Of a stretch of 64,000 nucleotides of DNA, positions 1-8,652 are shown one piece after another; the stretch's first letter is position 1, and each line of letters starts with the position of its first letter. The notes under the pieces were generated by a model. It searched no databases. It had not been told where the DNA came from and saw only the letters and a list, made by a program, of their open reading frames with translations. Origin of the DNA: Candidatus Pacearchaeota archaeon UBA73. Its GTDB lineage: Archaea; Nanobdellota; Nanobdellia; Pacearchaeales; GW2011-AR1. Both the position numbers and the translations under genes were made by a program. The DNA lies in NCBI GenBank assembly GCA_002496015.1, contig DAIF01000014.1, positions 891 to 64,890 on the forward strand. The letters run 5' to 3'.

Positions 1-122
1 AGAAAGATTAAGAGAAAGATTATACACAGGTTCGCAAAAACCTCCTGCCCCTGAAAAAAAAGCTGAAGAAGAATTCACGCCCTCAATGAACACTCGTTCA
101 AGACCTATGCCGAGATTCTAAA

Positions 123-821
123 ATGCCCGAGACCGAAGAAAGGCACAAGTTAAGAGAACACTTCCTTGAGATGTTTATCAGAGAGCTACTCACGAATTCC
201 TACGATCCGCAAAAAGACAAAGAACTGCAACAGGAGATTATGAAGGAGAAACTCGCGGACATGACCACGGACCTGAAAAAAAACCAGGCCGTATCTGTCA
301 AAGAAATGAGCGGTCCGGCATACACAAGCGGGATGCCCCTTCCAAAACCACAAGAATCTATTTCTCCCGCAGGCAGTCCCCAATTCCCCCAAAATTACAG
401 TTTAGTCGAACCACCGAGATCATACCCTGCAAGCCATATTCAAGCCATCCCAAGATACAGCCCGATTCCATTGCCTGCGTATCAACCTACAAAGTATCAT
501 CCAGGCCAAAAGGTTGAGACGATTAACCTCGGAAAACTGGCAAGCATCTTGCAAGACCCTGCTGTCATCGGCGTAGAATGCCCCGGCCCATATAAGAACC
601 TCATCGTAAATCGCGGCGGCTCAATCCAAACCTCGTCAGTAACCCTTACCCCTGAAGAAATAAATACTGTAATGCATAACATCTCAGAACACACTCGCAT
701 CCCAATAACTCCCGGAGTTTTCAGGGCAGCAGTCCAGGACCTATTAGTGACTGCAGTCGTCTCAGACTTCGTCGGCACAAGATTCCTGCTTCAGAAAAGA
801 AACCCCTTCCAAAGATATTAA
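123..821 (+). CDS. Hypothetical protein resembling only the N-terminal domain of type II/IV secretion (GspE/FlaI/PilB-type) ATPases. Possible truncated gene.
   Basis: The segment DPAVIGVECPGPYKNLIVNRGGSIQTSSVTLTPEEINTVMHNISEHTRIPIT resembles the T2SSE_N region that precedes the Walker A box. The ORF stops before any P-loop and an in-frame stop lies upstream at 87-89. Confidence 0.3.
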   Translation: MPETEERHKLREHFLEMFIRELLTNSYDPQKDKELQQEIMKEKLADMTTDLKKNQAVSVKEMSGPAYTSGMPLPKPQESISPAGSPQFPQNYSLVEPPRSYPASHIQAIPRYSPIPLPAYQPTKYHPGQKVETINLGKLASILQDPAVIGVECPGPYKNLIVNRGGSIQTSSVTLTPEEINTVMHNISEHTRIPITPGVFRAAVQDLLVTAVVSDFVGTRFLLQKRNPFQRY

Positions 822-844
822 TATCTCAACATATAATAATCCCG

Positions 845-1420
845 ATGAACAAATTAAAAAACATTCGCGCGCGCCTCGATCAATTCAAATCTCTCTCTGA
901 AAAACAAAAATTCCAAGAGTTCCAATTCTGTCTCCTCACCCCGCAGTCTAACGCGCAGAGATGCTGGCAGGCAGTAGAAGAAATATCAAAATTACCCACA
1001 CTGGAACACAAAAAAGTTCTCGACATACTCTCAAAAAAGACAAGATTCCATCACACCAAAACAAAAAGGATTTTAGAGTCTGAAAAAATCTGGAAAGAAA
1101 TCAAGCCGCTTCTCGACGCCAAAGACGCTCTCACTCTAAGAAACATTCTCGCAAAAAAAGTCAACGGCTACGGTTTGAAGGAAGCAGCACATTTCCTGAG
1201 GAACATCGGTCTCTCGAATAATAAAATAGCGATTCTCGATCGTCACATTCTAAAAAATCTCCACGAACTAAATCTGATTCCAAACGCAAAGATAAAATCT
1301 CAAAAGAACTATCTGGAAATAGAACAGATATTCATTTCTTTCGCAGACAGAATGCGCATCTCAGCCGACGAACTTGATTTGCATTGGTGGTCACAGGAAA
1401 ACGGGGAAATTTTCAAATAG
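845..1420 (+). CDS. HhH-GPD family N-glycosylase/DNA lyase (archaeal Ogg-like)
   Basis: The helix-hairpin-helix motif GYGLKEAAHFLRNIG is followed by a conserved D, and the roughly 190 aa size fits archaeal Ogg2-type enzymes. Confidence 0.5.
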   Translation: MNKLKNIRARLDQFKSLSEKQKFQEFQFCLLTPQSNAQRCWQAVEEISKLPTLEHKKVLDILSKKTRFHHTKTKRILESEKIWKEIKPLLDAKDALTLRNILAKKVNGYGLKEAAHFLRNIGLSNNKIAILDRHILKNLHELNLIPNAKIKSQKNYLEIEQIFISFADRMRISADELDLHWWSQENGEIFK

Positions 1421-1958
1421 AACTGCCCGTCCTTTTGAACAAGTCGTAAACCAAACCCCTTGCGGGTCGGGCAATCCCCCGCTCAGCATAAACAAAAAGC
1501 TTCTCTGAAAGATGATTTTCTCGACCTAACGGGACAGCAGCCACTGGAGCATCAACGCAAAGCCCGGTGTACACTTGGTCCCCGAATGGAACGCAATGGG
1601 TCCTTACATTAACTCCTCGAAATATCCTATTAAGAACTGCATACTCTCCTAGTAATCGAGAAGCGTGGCTCTCATTCAAATCAGGAGTTAGAACATGAAA
1701 CGAAAAAGAACCCAACGCTCTTTGCGCATTAACTCTGGAGATATCCACGCTCTGCTCCCACCACATCAACTGGTCAATGCCGCCCACCCTAACATATAAT
1801 TGCAATCCTTCTCTTTGAAGATAATGGCTCCCGTTCACCTTTATTTGCGCTCCTGCCATCGGCGAACTGCCTCCGGGATTAACATTACCAAGCCATCCCA
1901 CAAACCTTTCAGTCACCTGATGAACATCATATTTCGGCAAATCTCCTTTCTTCCGCAT
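1413..1958 (-). CDS. Hypothetical protein
   Basis: A 181-aa ORF with no motif I can assign. It overlaps the Ogg gene by 8 nt. Confidence 0.35.
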   Translation of the reverse strand: MRKKGDLPKYDVHQVTERFVGWLGNVNPGGSSPMAGAQIKVNGSHYLQREGLQLYVRVGGIDQLMWWEQSVDISRVNAQRALGSFSFHVLTPDLNESHASRLLGEYAVLNRIFRGVNVRTHCVPFGDQVYTGLCVDAPVAAVPLGRENHLSEKLFVYAERGIARPARGLVYDLFKRTGSSI

Positions 1959-2067
1959 ATACTTAGTTTACATCTCAGCTTATAAACGATTGTTATTCTC
2001 CAAGACATACATTATTTCGCCCTTCCAAAGTAAAAAAATTAATAAACTTCCCCGACCATGCCTATTA

Positions 2068-2757
2068 ATGAAAGAAACCATAGTCATCTCCTTAGGCGGC
2101 TCGCTCATAGTCCCGGAAAAAATGAACGCACCATTTCTGATTAAATTCGTCAAGACCTTGAGAAAACATTACAAGACGCACAAATTTGTAGTTGTCTGCG
2201 GCGGCGGAGTCATCGCAAGAAAATACATCTCAGCCCTGAAAGCCAAAGGGCGGCCGACAAGAGAGCTTGCCAACGCAGGCATCAGAGCAACTAGGATGAA
2301 CGCGCAATTCGTGATGCAACTCTTCGAAAGAAAAGAAGCAAACGACACTCTTCCGTTAAACATGAAACAGGTCAGATATTCTCTAAGAAAAAATAACGTC
2401 GTCATCTGCGGCGCCCTGAGGTTTGCCCCAGACTCAACTTCAGACAGCACCGCAGCCAAATTAGCCAAATATCTAAAGACTCATTTCATAAACATCACCA
2501 ATGTTCCGGGTCTTTTCGACAAAGATCCTAAAAAATACAAAAAAACAAAGTTCATCCCAAAGATTGCATGGAAAGATTTTTACAAAATGGCAATCAAAAC
2601 AAAATTCCAACCAGGCCAAAACTTCATACTAGATCAGAATTCTTCAGAAATAATAATGAATAACAAAACGCCGGCTTACATAATCGGTCCCGACCTGTCA
2701 AATCTCTCAAAGATACTAAATAATAAAGATTTTCACGGAACACTAATCTGTGGTTAG
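2068..2757 (+). CDS. pyrH: Uridylate (UMP) kinase
   Basis: Motifs ISLGGS and VVVCGGG and the AGIRATRMNAQ region are typical of archaeal UMP kinase. I chose the internal ATG at 2068 (MKETIV) as start. Confidence 0.75.
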   Translation: MKETIVISLGGSLIVPEKMNAPFLIKFVKTLRKHYKTHKFVVVCGGGVIARKYISALKAKGRPTRELANAGIRATRMNAQFVMQLFERKEANDTLPLNMKQVRYSLRKNNVVICGALRFAPDSTSDSTAAKLAKYLKTHFINITNVPGLFDKDPKKYKKTKFIPKIAWKDFYKMAIKTKFQPGQNFILDQNSSEIIMNNKTPAYIIGPDLSNLSKILNNKDFHGTLICG

Positions 2758-2876
2758 TCCGATCCCTAAAACTTCTGAATTCACTCCAACTGACTGCGAT
2801 TAACTTTCATGTTCAAATTTTATCCTGCCATATGACTAAACAAAACCCATAAAAACACTATTGCCTTAATACTCGA

Positions 2877-3311
2877 ATGATTAATACCTCAAACATCCAG
2901 CAAGCAAAAGAACAGATAAAGAAAGAAAAACACCCTGCGGTAGTCAAATCGCAAAATCCGGATTTTGACAGAAAGATTCTTGAATACGGCAAAGCAGACA
3001 TCCTGCTTTTTGACAAATTGGGATATAGACAAGACCGCTTAAAACAGATAGATTCCGGGCTAAACCACGTCTTAGCAAAGATAGCTGCAAAGAACAACAC
3101 ATCCATTGGATTCGACCTCGCAGGACTGCGCAAAAGCAGCCGTAAAACAAAGGCCCTCATTCTGTTAAAGTTAATAGAAAACATAAAGATCTGCAAAAAA
3201 GCGAACTGCCGCATCGTCCTAATCTCCCAAAAAAACAAAAAAGACGCGCAAAACCTTATGCTCTCGCTAGGCGCTTCAACACAACAGGCAAAACAAGCAA
3301 TAACTTTTTAA
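2877..3311 (+). CDS. RNase P protein component 3 (Rpp30-like), short form
   Basis: The DSGLNHVLAKIAAKNNTSIGFDLAGL...IVLISQ pattern resembles the C-terminal half of Rpp30. It sits just upstream of the pheS/pheT translation cluster. Confidence 0.35.
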   Translation: MINTSNIQQAKEQIKKEKHPAVVKSQNPDFDRKILEYGKADILLFDKLGYRQDRLKQIDSGLNHVLAKIAAKNNTSIGFDLAGLRKSSRKTKALILLKLIENIKICKKANCRIVLISQKNKKDAQNLMLSLGASTQQAKQAITF

Positions 3312-3333
3312 CCTTGTAGAACATATTCCTAAA

Positions 3334-4842
3334 ATGAAATCTATCCAAGAAATCATCGAAAAACTCTCACCGTTGGAAAGGAAAATCGTTCCTTTTCTAA
3401 ACCTGCCCCTAAATGAGATTCAGACAAAAACAAGACTTGACAGCACATCTCTTCTTAGAGCACTCAAATTTCTGGAAGCTAAAAATATCATAAAACTCCA
3501 GACAAAAAAATCAAAAGTCGTAGGTCTAGGAACAAACGGAATATACTACAAAAAGACACACCTTCCTGAAAGGAACCTGCTCATGCTGGTAGAGAGCAAA
3601 AAAGTCGTATCTCTAGAAGAAGCAAAAAGAATCTCGCGGCTCTCCGACAACGAATTCAAAGTTTCCCTAGGCGTGCTAAAAAGCAAAGCAATGATCGAAC
3701 TTAAAAATGGAAAGATTATGCTTTCCGCCTCAAAAGAAGAAATCGCTAAAAAATCTCTGGAAGAGCAACTCCTCGAAGCCCTTCCGATCGAAGAAAGCTC
3801 TCTCCTCCCCGAACAGCAATTCGCTCTTCAAAACCTTAAAAAAAGAAAAGAGATTATCGAGATGCAGGAAAAAACTGAGACCACATTCACGCTGACCGAA
3901 CTCGGAAAAAAGATAGCTGGAAAAGAAATTGTCTCCGACCTCATAGAAGAAGTCACGCCGGAAGTGATAAAAAACTGGAAACGGGGCAAAAAATTCAGAA
4001 AATATGACATACAATCAGAAGTTCCAAAAATTTATGGCGGCAAAAAACACTTCGTGAATGAATCTATCGAAAAAGGCAGAAGAATCTGGCTAGACATGGG
4101 ATTCAGAGAAATGCGCTCCACATTCACCCAGACTTCCTTCTGGAACTTCGATGCATTGTTCACCGCCCAAGACCACCCGGTCAGGGAACTCCAGGACACA
4201 TTCTACATAAAAGACATAAAGGGCAGGCTTCCAGACAGGAGACTAATTGAAAAAGTAAAACAATCGCACGAGACCGGCGTGAAGGGAAGCAAGGGCTGGC
4301 AATATTCGTGGTCTGAAGAAGATTCAAAGAGTGTTGTCCTGCGCACCCACACCACCTGCCTGTCTGCAAAAACACTTGCCTCACTCGACATAAAAACTCA
4401 GCTTCCGGCAAAATTCTTCTCGATCGGCAAATGCTTCAGAAACGAAACTCTCGACTGGTCTCACGGCTTCGAGTTCAATCAAACTGAAGGGATTGTCGTC
4501 GACAGAAATGCAAACTTCAGCCACCTTCTCGGTTACCTTCAGGAATTCGTGAAAAAAATGGGCTTTGAAAAAATAAGAATCCAACCCGCCTATTTCCCTT
4601 ACACTGAACCCAGTGTTGAAGGCGCGGTCTGGCACGAAGAGAAACAGCGATGGGTTGAAGTCCTCGCCGCGGGAATTTTCCGCCCGGAGGTCACCGAACC
4701 TCTACTCGGCGAACCAATTCCCGTCCTTGCTTGGGGACCCGGCTTCGACCGTCTCATGATGCTAGCTTACGAAATAAAAGACTTCAGACAAATTTACGAA
4801 AATGATATAAAAAACCTGCGACAAAGGAAGGTGCTGATATAA
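3334..4842 (+). CDS. pheS: Phenylalanine--tRNA ligase alpha subunit (archaeal type)
   Basis: Class II aaRS core motifs FREMRSTFTQTSFWNFDALFTAQDHPVRELQDTFYI, plus an N-terminal winged-helix extension. It overlaps pheT by 1 nt. Confidence 0.9.
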   Translation: MKSIQEIIEKLSPLERKIVPFLNLPLNEIQTKTRLDSTSLLRALKFLEAKNIIKLQTKKSKVVGLGTNGIYYKKTHLPERNLLMLVESKKVVSLEEAKRISRLSDNEFKVSLGVLKSKAMIELKNGKIMLSASKEEIAKKSLEEQLLEALPIEESSLLPEQQFALQNLKKRKEIIEMQEKTETTFTLTELGKKIAGKEIVSDLIEEVTPEVIKNWKRGKKFRKYDIQSEVPKIYGGKKHFVNESIEKGRRIWLDMGFREMRSTFTQTSFWNFDALFTAQDHPVRELQDTFYIKDIKGRLPDRRLIEKVKQSHETGVKGSKGWQYSWSEEDSKSVVLRTHTTCLSAKTLASLDIKTQLPAKFFSIGKCFRNETLDWSHGFEFNQTEGIVVDRNANFSHLLGYLQEFVKKMGFEKIRIQPAYFPYTEPSVEGAVWHEEKQRWVEVLAAGIFRPEVTEPLLGEPIPVLAWGPGFDRLMMLAYEIKDFRQIYENDIKNLRQRKVLI

Positions 4843-6470
4843 TGTCAAACGTAACTTTCCTCCGCAAGGAACTTGAATCCTTAATCGGAAAGATAACAAA
4901 AGATGTAGAAGAAAAAATCTCACTATTCGGCACACCATTAGAACGCATCAGTGACGATGAACTTGAAGTCGAAATTTTCCCAAACCGCCCGGACCTGCTC
5001 TCACTTCAGGGCTATGCCCGCAGCTTTAATGCATTTCTTGGCAAATCCCCCGGACTAGCAAGATACACAATCCACAAGCCGGAAGACAATTATACAATTA
5101 AAATATTTAATTCCGTAAAAGACGTTCGACCATTTACAGTCTGCGCGATAGTAAAAAACATAAAATTCACAGACGAGAAAATTAAGTCGATAATAGATTT
5201 ACAGGAGAAACTACACTTCACCGTCGGCAGAAATAGGAAGAAGCTGGCAATAGGAGTTTACCCATTGGAAAAAATAACTCTCCCCATTAGATATGAAGCA
5301 AGAAAACCGAAAGACATCAGATTTATCCCGTTGGAAGCAGACAGAGAAATGGATGCCATCCAGATTTTAACAAGCCACCCCACAGGAAGAGACTACGCTC
5401 ACCTTCTTGAAGGCAAAGAACTCTTCCCAGTTTTCGTCGATGCGAAAAACAAAATACTTTCAATGCCCCCCATAATAAACAGTCACGATACCGGAAAAGT
5501 CTCCCTCAACACAACAGACGTGTTCGTAGAATGTTCTGGCTTTGACTTGCTTGTCCTGCAAAAAACTCTTGCAATCATCTGTACAACGCTCGCCGATATG
5601 GACGGAAAAATATATCAAATGATTTTAGATTATACAAATAGAAAAATCATCACCCCGGACTTCACCCCGGAAAAAATGAAAATTTCCATAAACAATGTAA
5701 ACAAACTCCTCGGCTTGGACATTAAGGAAAAAGACTTAGAAAAGCTTTTACCGAAAATGGGTTACGAATACAAGAACAAAACCGTTTCCATCCCCGCGTG
5801 GAGGACAGACATTCTCCACGAAGTAGACATCATAGAAGATATCGCGATTGCGTACGGGTATGACAAAATTTCCCCTGCAATTCCTAATGTCTCAACAATC
5901 GGTGAAGAATCTAAAGAATCCAAGATGAAATCATTTATATCCGAACTGCTCATCGGACTCGGCTTATTGGAAATCTCAACATATCACTTGATAAAAAAAC
6001 AAGACGCCGAACAGAACAATTTACAGGACATGATAGAATTAGAAAACTCCAAAACAGAATACAAATATCTCCGCCAAGACCTCGTAACTCCCGGACTAAG
6101 AGTGCTATCTGAAAACAAGGACAACGAATATCCTCAAGAACTTTTCGAAATCGGCACGGTCTTCTCATTAGACAAGAAGAACAAATTCGAAACAGGCATA
6201 AAAGAAACGGAAAACCTCTGCATCTTGGCTTGCCCGGGAAACTTCACGAAAATCAAACAGGTCTTAGACAGCCTGACAAAAAACCTCGGGCAGGCTTACT
6301 CGCTGGAAGAATCAACGCACCATCTGCTTATTGACGGCAGAACCGCAGTGATAAAAATCGGAGAGCATCGTGCGGGAATCATGGGCGAGCTGCACCCTGA
6401 AACCCTGAAAGCATGGGGGATTAAAATGCCGACATCCTACCTTGAGCTTCCTGTAAAAAGTCTCTTCTAA
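4842..6470 (+). CDS. pheT: Phenylalanine--tRNA ligase beta subunit (archaeal type)
   Basis: Archaeal PheT B3/4 and B5 regions (EVEIFPNRPDLLSLQGYARSF). It is translationally coupled to pheS. Confidence 0.9.
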   Translation: MSNVTFLRKELESLIGKITKDVEEKISLFGTPLERISDDELEVEIFPNRPDLLSLQGYARSFNAFLGKSPGLARYTIHKPEDNYTIKIFNSVKDVRPFTVCAIVKNIKFTDEKIKSIIDLQEKLHFTVGRNRKKLAIGVYPLEKITLPIRYEARKPKDIRFIPLEADREMDAIQILTSHPTGRDYAHLLEGKELFPVFVDAKNKILSMPPIINSHDTGKVSLNTTDVFVECSGFDLLVLQKTLAIICTTLADMDGKIYQMILDYTNRKIITPDFTPEKMKISINNVNKLLGLDIKEKDLEKLLPKMGYEYKNKTVSIPAWRTDILHEVDIIEDIAIAYGYDKISPAIPNVSTIGEESKESKMKSFISELLIGLGLLEISTYHLIKKQDAEQNNLQDMIELENSKTEYKYLRQDLVTPGLRVLSENKDNEYPQELFEIGTVFSLDKKNKFETGIKETENLCILACPGNFTKIKQVLDSLTKNLGQAYSLEESTHHLLIDGRTAVIKIGEHRAGIMGELHPETLKAWGIKMPTSYLELPVKSLF

Positions 6471-6601
6471 AACAAAGCGTTGTCTGGATTGATTTTACGA
6501 TTCCCACAGACCCGAACAAATCTCCCATTAGTTAAAATCAACAAACTCCGAATAACACCTGAAACGAACAAATCTATTTAAACCACAAAAATTCAAAATG
6601 T

Positions 6602-7552
6602 TTGATGAAGAAGAAAACTCGACCTAGACAACACGCAAGAAAAGCAGCAAGATTTTGCAGCATAAGGAGAGACCGTAACACTTATGTTGCCCGAGAAGAA
6701 TTCAAAGACCCCCTGCGGGGAGGCAAGCGTCCGGAAGACTTCCAAAAAGTAATTCCCGGAGAACAAATTTTCAGTGTGATTAGAGGAATTTTACGGGAAG
6801 GAAGAAACTATCTAATAGACACGTGCGCGCTGGAAGTCCCCAGAAAAAGTCTGTTTAAAGACTGCTCGGAACTAACGAATTACGCGGACAATGAAGCATA
6901 CCGAGCCGCAGCAGACCAGATGTGTCAGGAAATGAGAAAGTGTTCAGATTTTTGGGGAGAATTACTAACAAGAAAAGATGTGTTTATTCTCCCGGAGGTC
7001 GCTGAAGAAACAAGAAGATACCAAAGGATACTAAACTCCCATGCAAAGAAACTAAGAACTCGTGGCCTAAGACGAAAGCTTCTGGAGCCTGTCCACAGTT
7101 TAGTTAATAGTTTGGACTCTAATTCTTCCAGATTAGTCGACACAGGATTGCTGTCCGATCCCGTGATACCCAGAATAATGGAAATCCTAAGAGCCACTTC
7201 ACCTAGATACAGAAAACCTTTACCCTACACTGGCCAGAAGATAATCAGCTTCGCGATAGCATACGGCTTATCAAATGGTGGGACCCAAATCATAATAACC
7301 AGGAACCGCGCGATAAGAGAAGCGATGATTAATTTAAACGAAGACCTCGCGTCGGGAAGAAGGCATATCGATCTCTCAGATTTATGCCAAAGCTTTGAAC
7401 AGTTTAAAGTAATCCATAAAGTACTTCGCGCATTTCCTCCTTTCATATCAGATTATACTTTATGCATTGATGGGAATGATTTTCTCCGCGACTCGCCCTA
7501 CCAAAGAGATAGAAACACTCTACCTGCAACGACAAGTGCGGCAGCAGGATAG
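6602..7552 (+). CDS. Hypothetical protein
   Basis: A 316-aa ORF with a basic N-terminus and no assignable motif. Confidence 0.4.
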   Translation: MMKKKTRPRQHARKAARFCSIRRDRNTYVAREEFKDPLRGGKRPEDFQKVIPGEQIFSVIRGILREGRNYLIDTCALEVPRKSLFKDCSELTNYADNEAYRAAADQMCQEMRKCSDFWGELLTRKDVFILPEVAEETRRYQRILNSHAKKLRTRGLRRKLLEPVHSLVNSLDSNSSRLVDTGLLSDPVIPRIMEILRATSPRYRKPLPYTGQKIISFAIAYGLSNGGTQIIITRNRAIREAMINLNEDLASGRRHIDLSDLCQSFEQFKVIHKVLRAFPPFISDYTLCIDGNDFLRDSPYQRDRNTLPATTSAAAG

Positions 7553-7574
7553 ATTCTCAACGACCAAAACAATC

Positions 7575-8462
7575 TTACTGCTGCCTGGCATCAAGCAAAA
7601 CATTAATGATGCGAGTCATCTCTCCCAAAAAATCTTCAGCAGCCTCTTGCCACTGGTCAATCTCAGTGCCCTCAAGACGCACAACCTGCCGATGATTAAT
7701 TGATTTATGTAACGAATACAGCTCAGCCAGACTCTTCACATAGCTCATCTTAAGCATCCCAGCATCGACAAAAACATCTTTTAGCATCTCAGGAATATGT
7801 TCTGGAGAAGGAGGCATTCTGCCTGCAGTCATAAGGGCGGCCTGCGCAGAATCAACCATAGTCCAATAAACTCCCTCAATTGCGCTCATTGCAGCAATCC
7901 TGCTCCTCAACAAATGCATTGGAGCGCGCTGCAACGCCGCATTAACTGCCTCAGGTGTAGATTTTACTTTGCCCTTCAACAATAACGCTTTAAGAGGATT
8001 AAAGAAACCACCGTAATCTATTAACGCTTCACCATATCTCAAAATGTTTATCACAACCGGATCTCCATTGAGCATATCCTCCCACCACGTCGTAAGCTTA
8101 ACAGTATTTATATGAAGCTCAGCACTGTACTTTTGCTGAGAAACCAGCTTCGCCAATTCTTCTCGATACCACGCAACCAACTCTAAATCCCATTCAATTG
8201 CAGCATCATCAACAATAAGGATTATATCTATATCAGACCCTATAACTCCATCGCCCTTCGCCTGACTCCCAAAGAGAACTGAAGCCCTCACAACCCTGTC
8301 AAACTTCTTATGAACCTTCTCGGCAAAATCCATCGCCATATCTTTCTCTGTGACAAGTTTCCTCTCAGAAACCGACGAAGACGCCTGAACCTTCTCTACA
8401 GACTCCACTCGCTTCACATGCTTCACAGAAACTTTCTTCTTCACTCTCTTTTTTCTTGCCAT
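7575..8462 (-). CDS. Nucleotidyltransferase-domain protein with a C-terminal helical (HEPN-like) domain. Fused MNT-HEPN-type protein.
   Basis: The minimal nucleotidyltransferase signature LFGSQAKGDGVIGSDIDIILIV is followed by an all-helical C-terminal region of about 150 aa. Confidence 0.55.
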   Translation of the reverse strand: MARKKRVKKKVSVKHVKRVESVEKVQASSSVSERKLVTEKDMAMDFAEKVHKKFDRVVRASVLFGSQAKGDGVIGSDIDIILIVDDAAIEWDLELVAWYREELAKLVSQQKYSAELHINTVKLTTWWEDMLNGDPVVINILRYGEALIDYGGFFNPLKALLLKGKVKSTPEAVNAALQRAPMHLLRSRIAAMSAIEGVYWTMVDSAQAALMTAGRMPPSPEHIPEMLKDVFVDAGMLKMSYVKSLAELYSLHKSINHRQVVRLEGTEIDQWQEAAEDFLGEMTRIINVLLDARQQ

Positions 8463-8514
8463 ATTTTTACCACTTAAACTAAGTAGATTTTGTTTTTAAA
8501 TCTTCCCGCTCACT

Positions 8515-8648
8515 AGCTCTGTCCGAAGTTTTGATTTTTTCTAAAATTTGGATGGTGGGGGTGGAGTGGCTGCGAGTCGGGTTTTTCCTCGTAGAGGAAA
8601 TGTTAGTGGGGATTTGAAAAATCAAAACATACTAACTACGGACAGAGC
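8515..8648. mobile_element. MITE-like repeat, family A copy 1 (about 134 bp), with terminal inverted repeats AGCTCTGTCCG.../...CGGACAGAGC
   Basis: It is about 90% identical to 14698-14883 apart from an internal indel. The ends are inverted repeats, each containing TTTTGATTTTT / AAAAATCAAAA. Confidence 0.7.
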
Positions 8649-8652
8649 CCGC

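Noticed and set aside
1800-1985. Small plus-strand ORFs overlapping the 3' end of the 1413-1958 gene, and similar 60-70 aa ORFs throughout (e.g. 3707-4014, 21634-22122, 57522-58228)
   Set aside because: They are nested in or antisense to confidently identified genes and are shadow ORFs.
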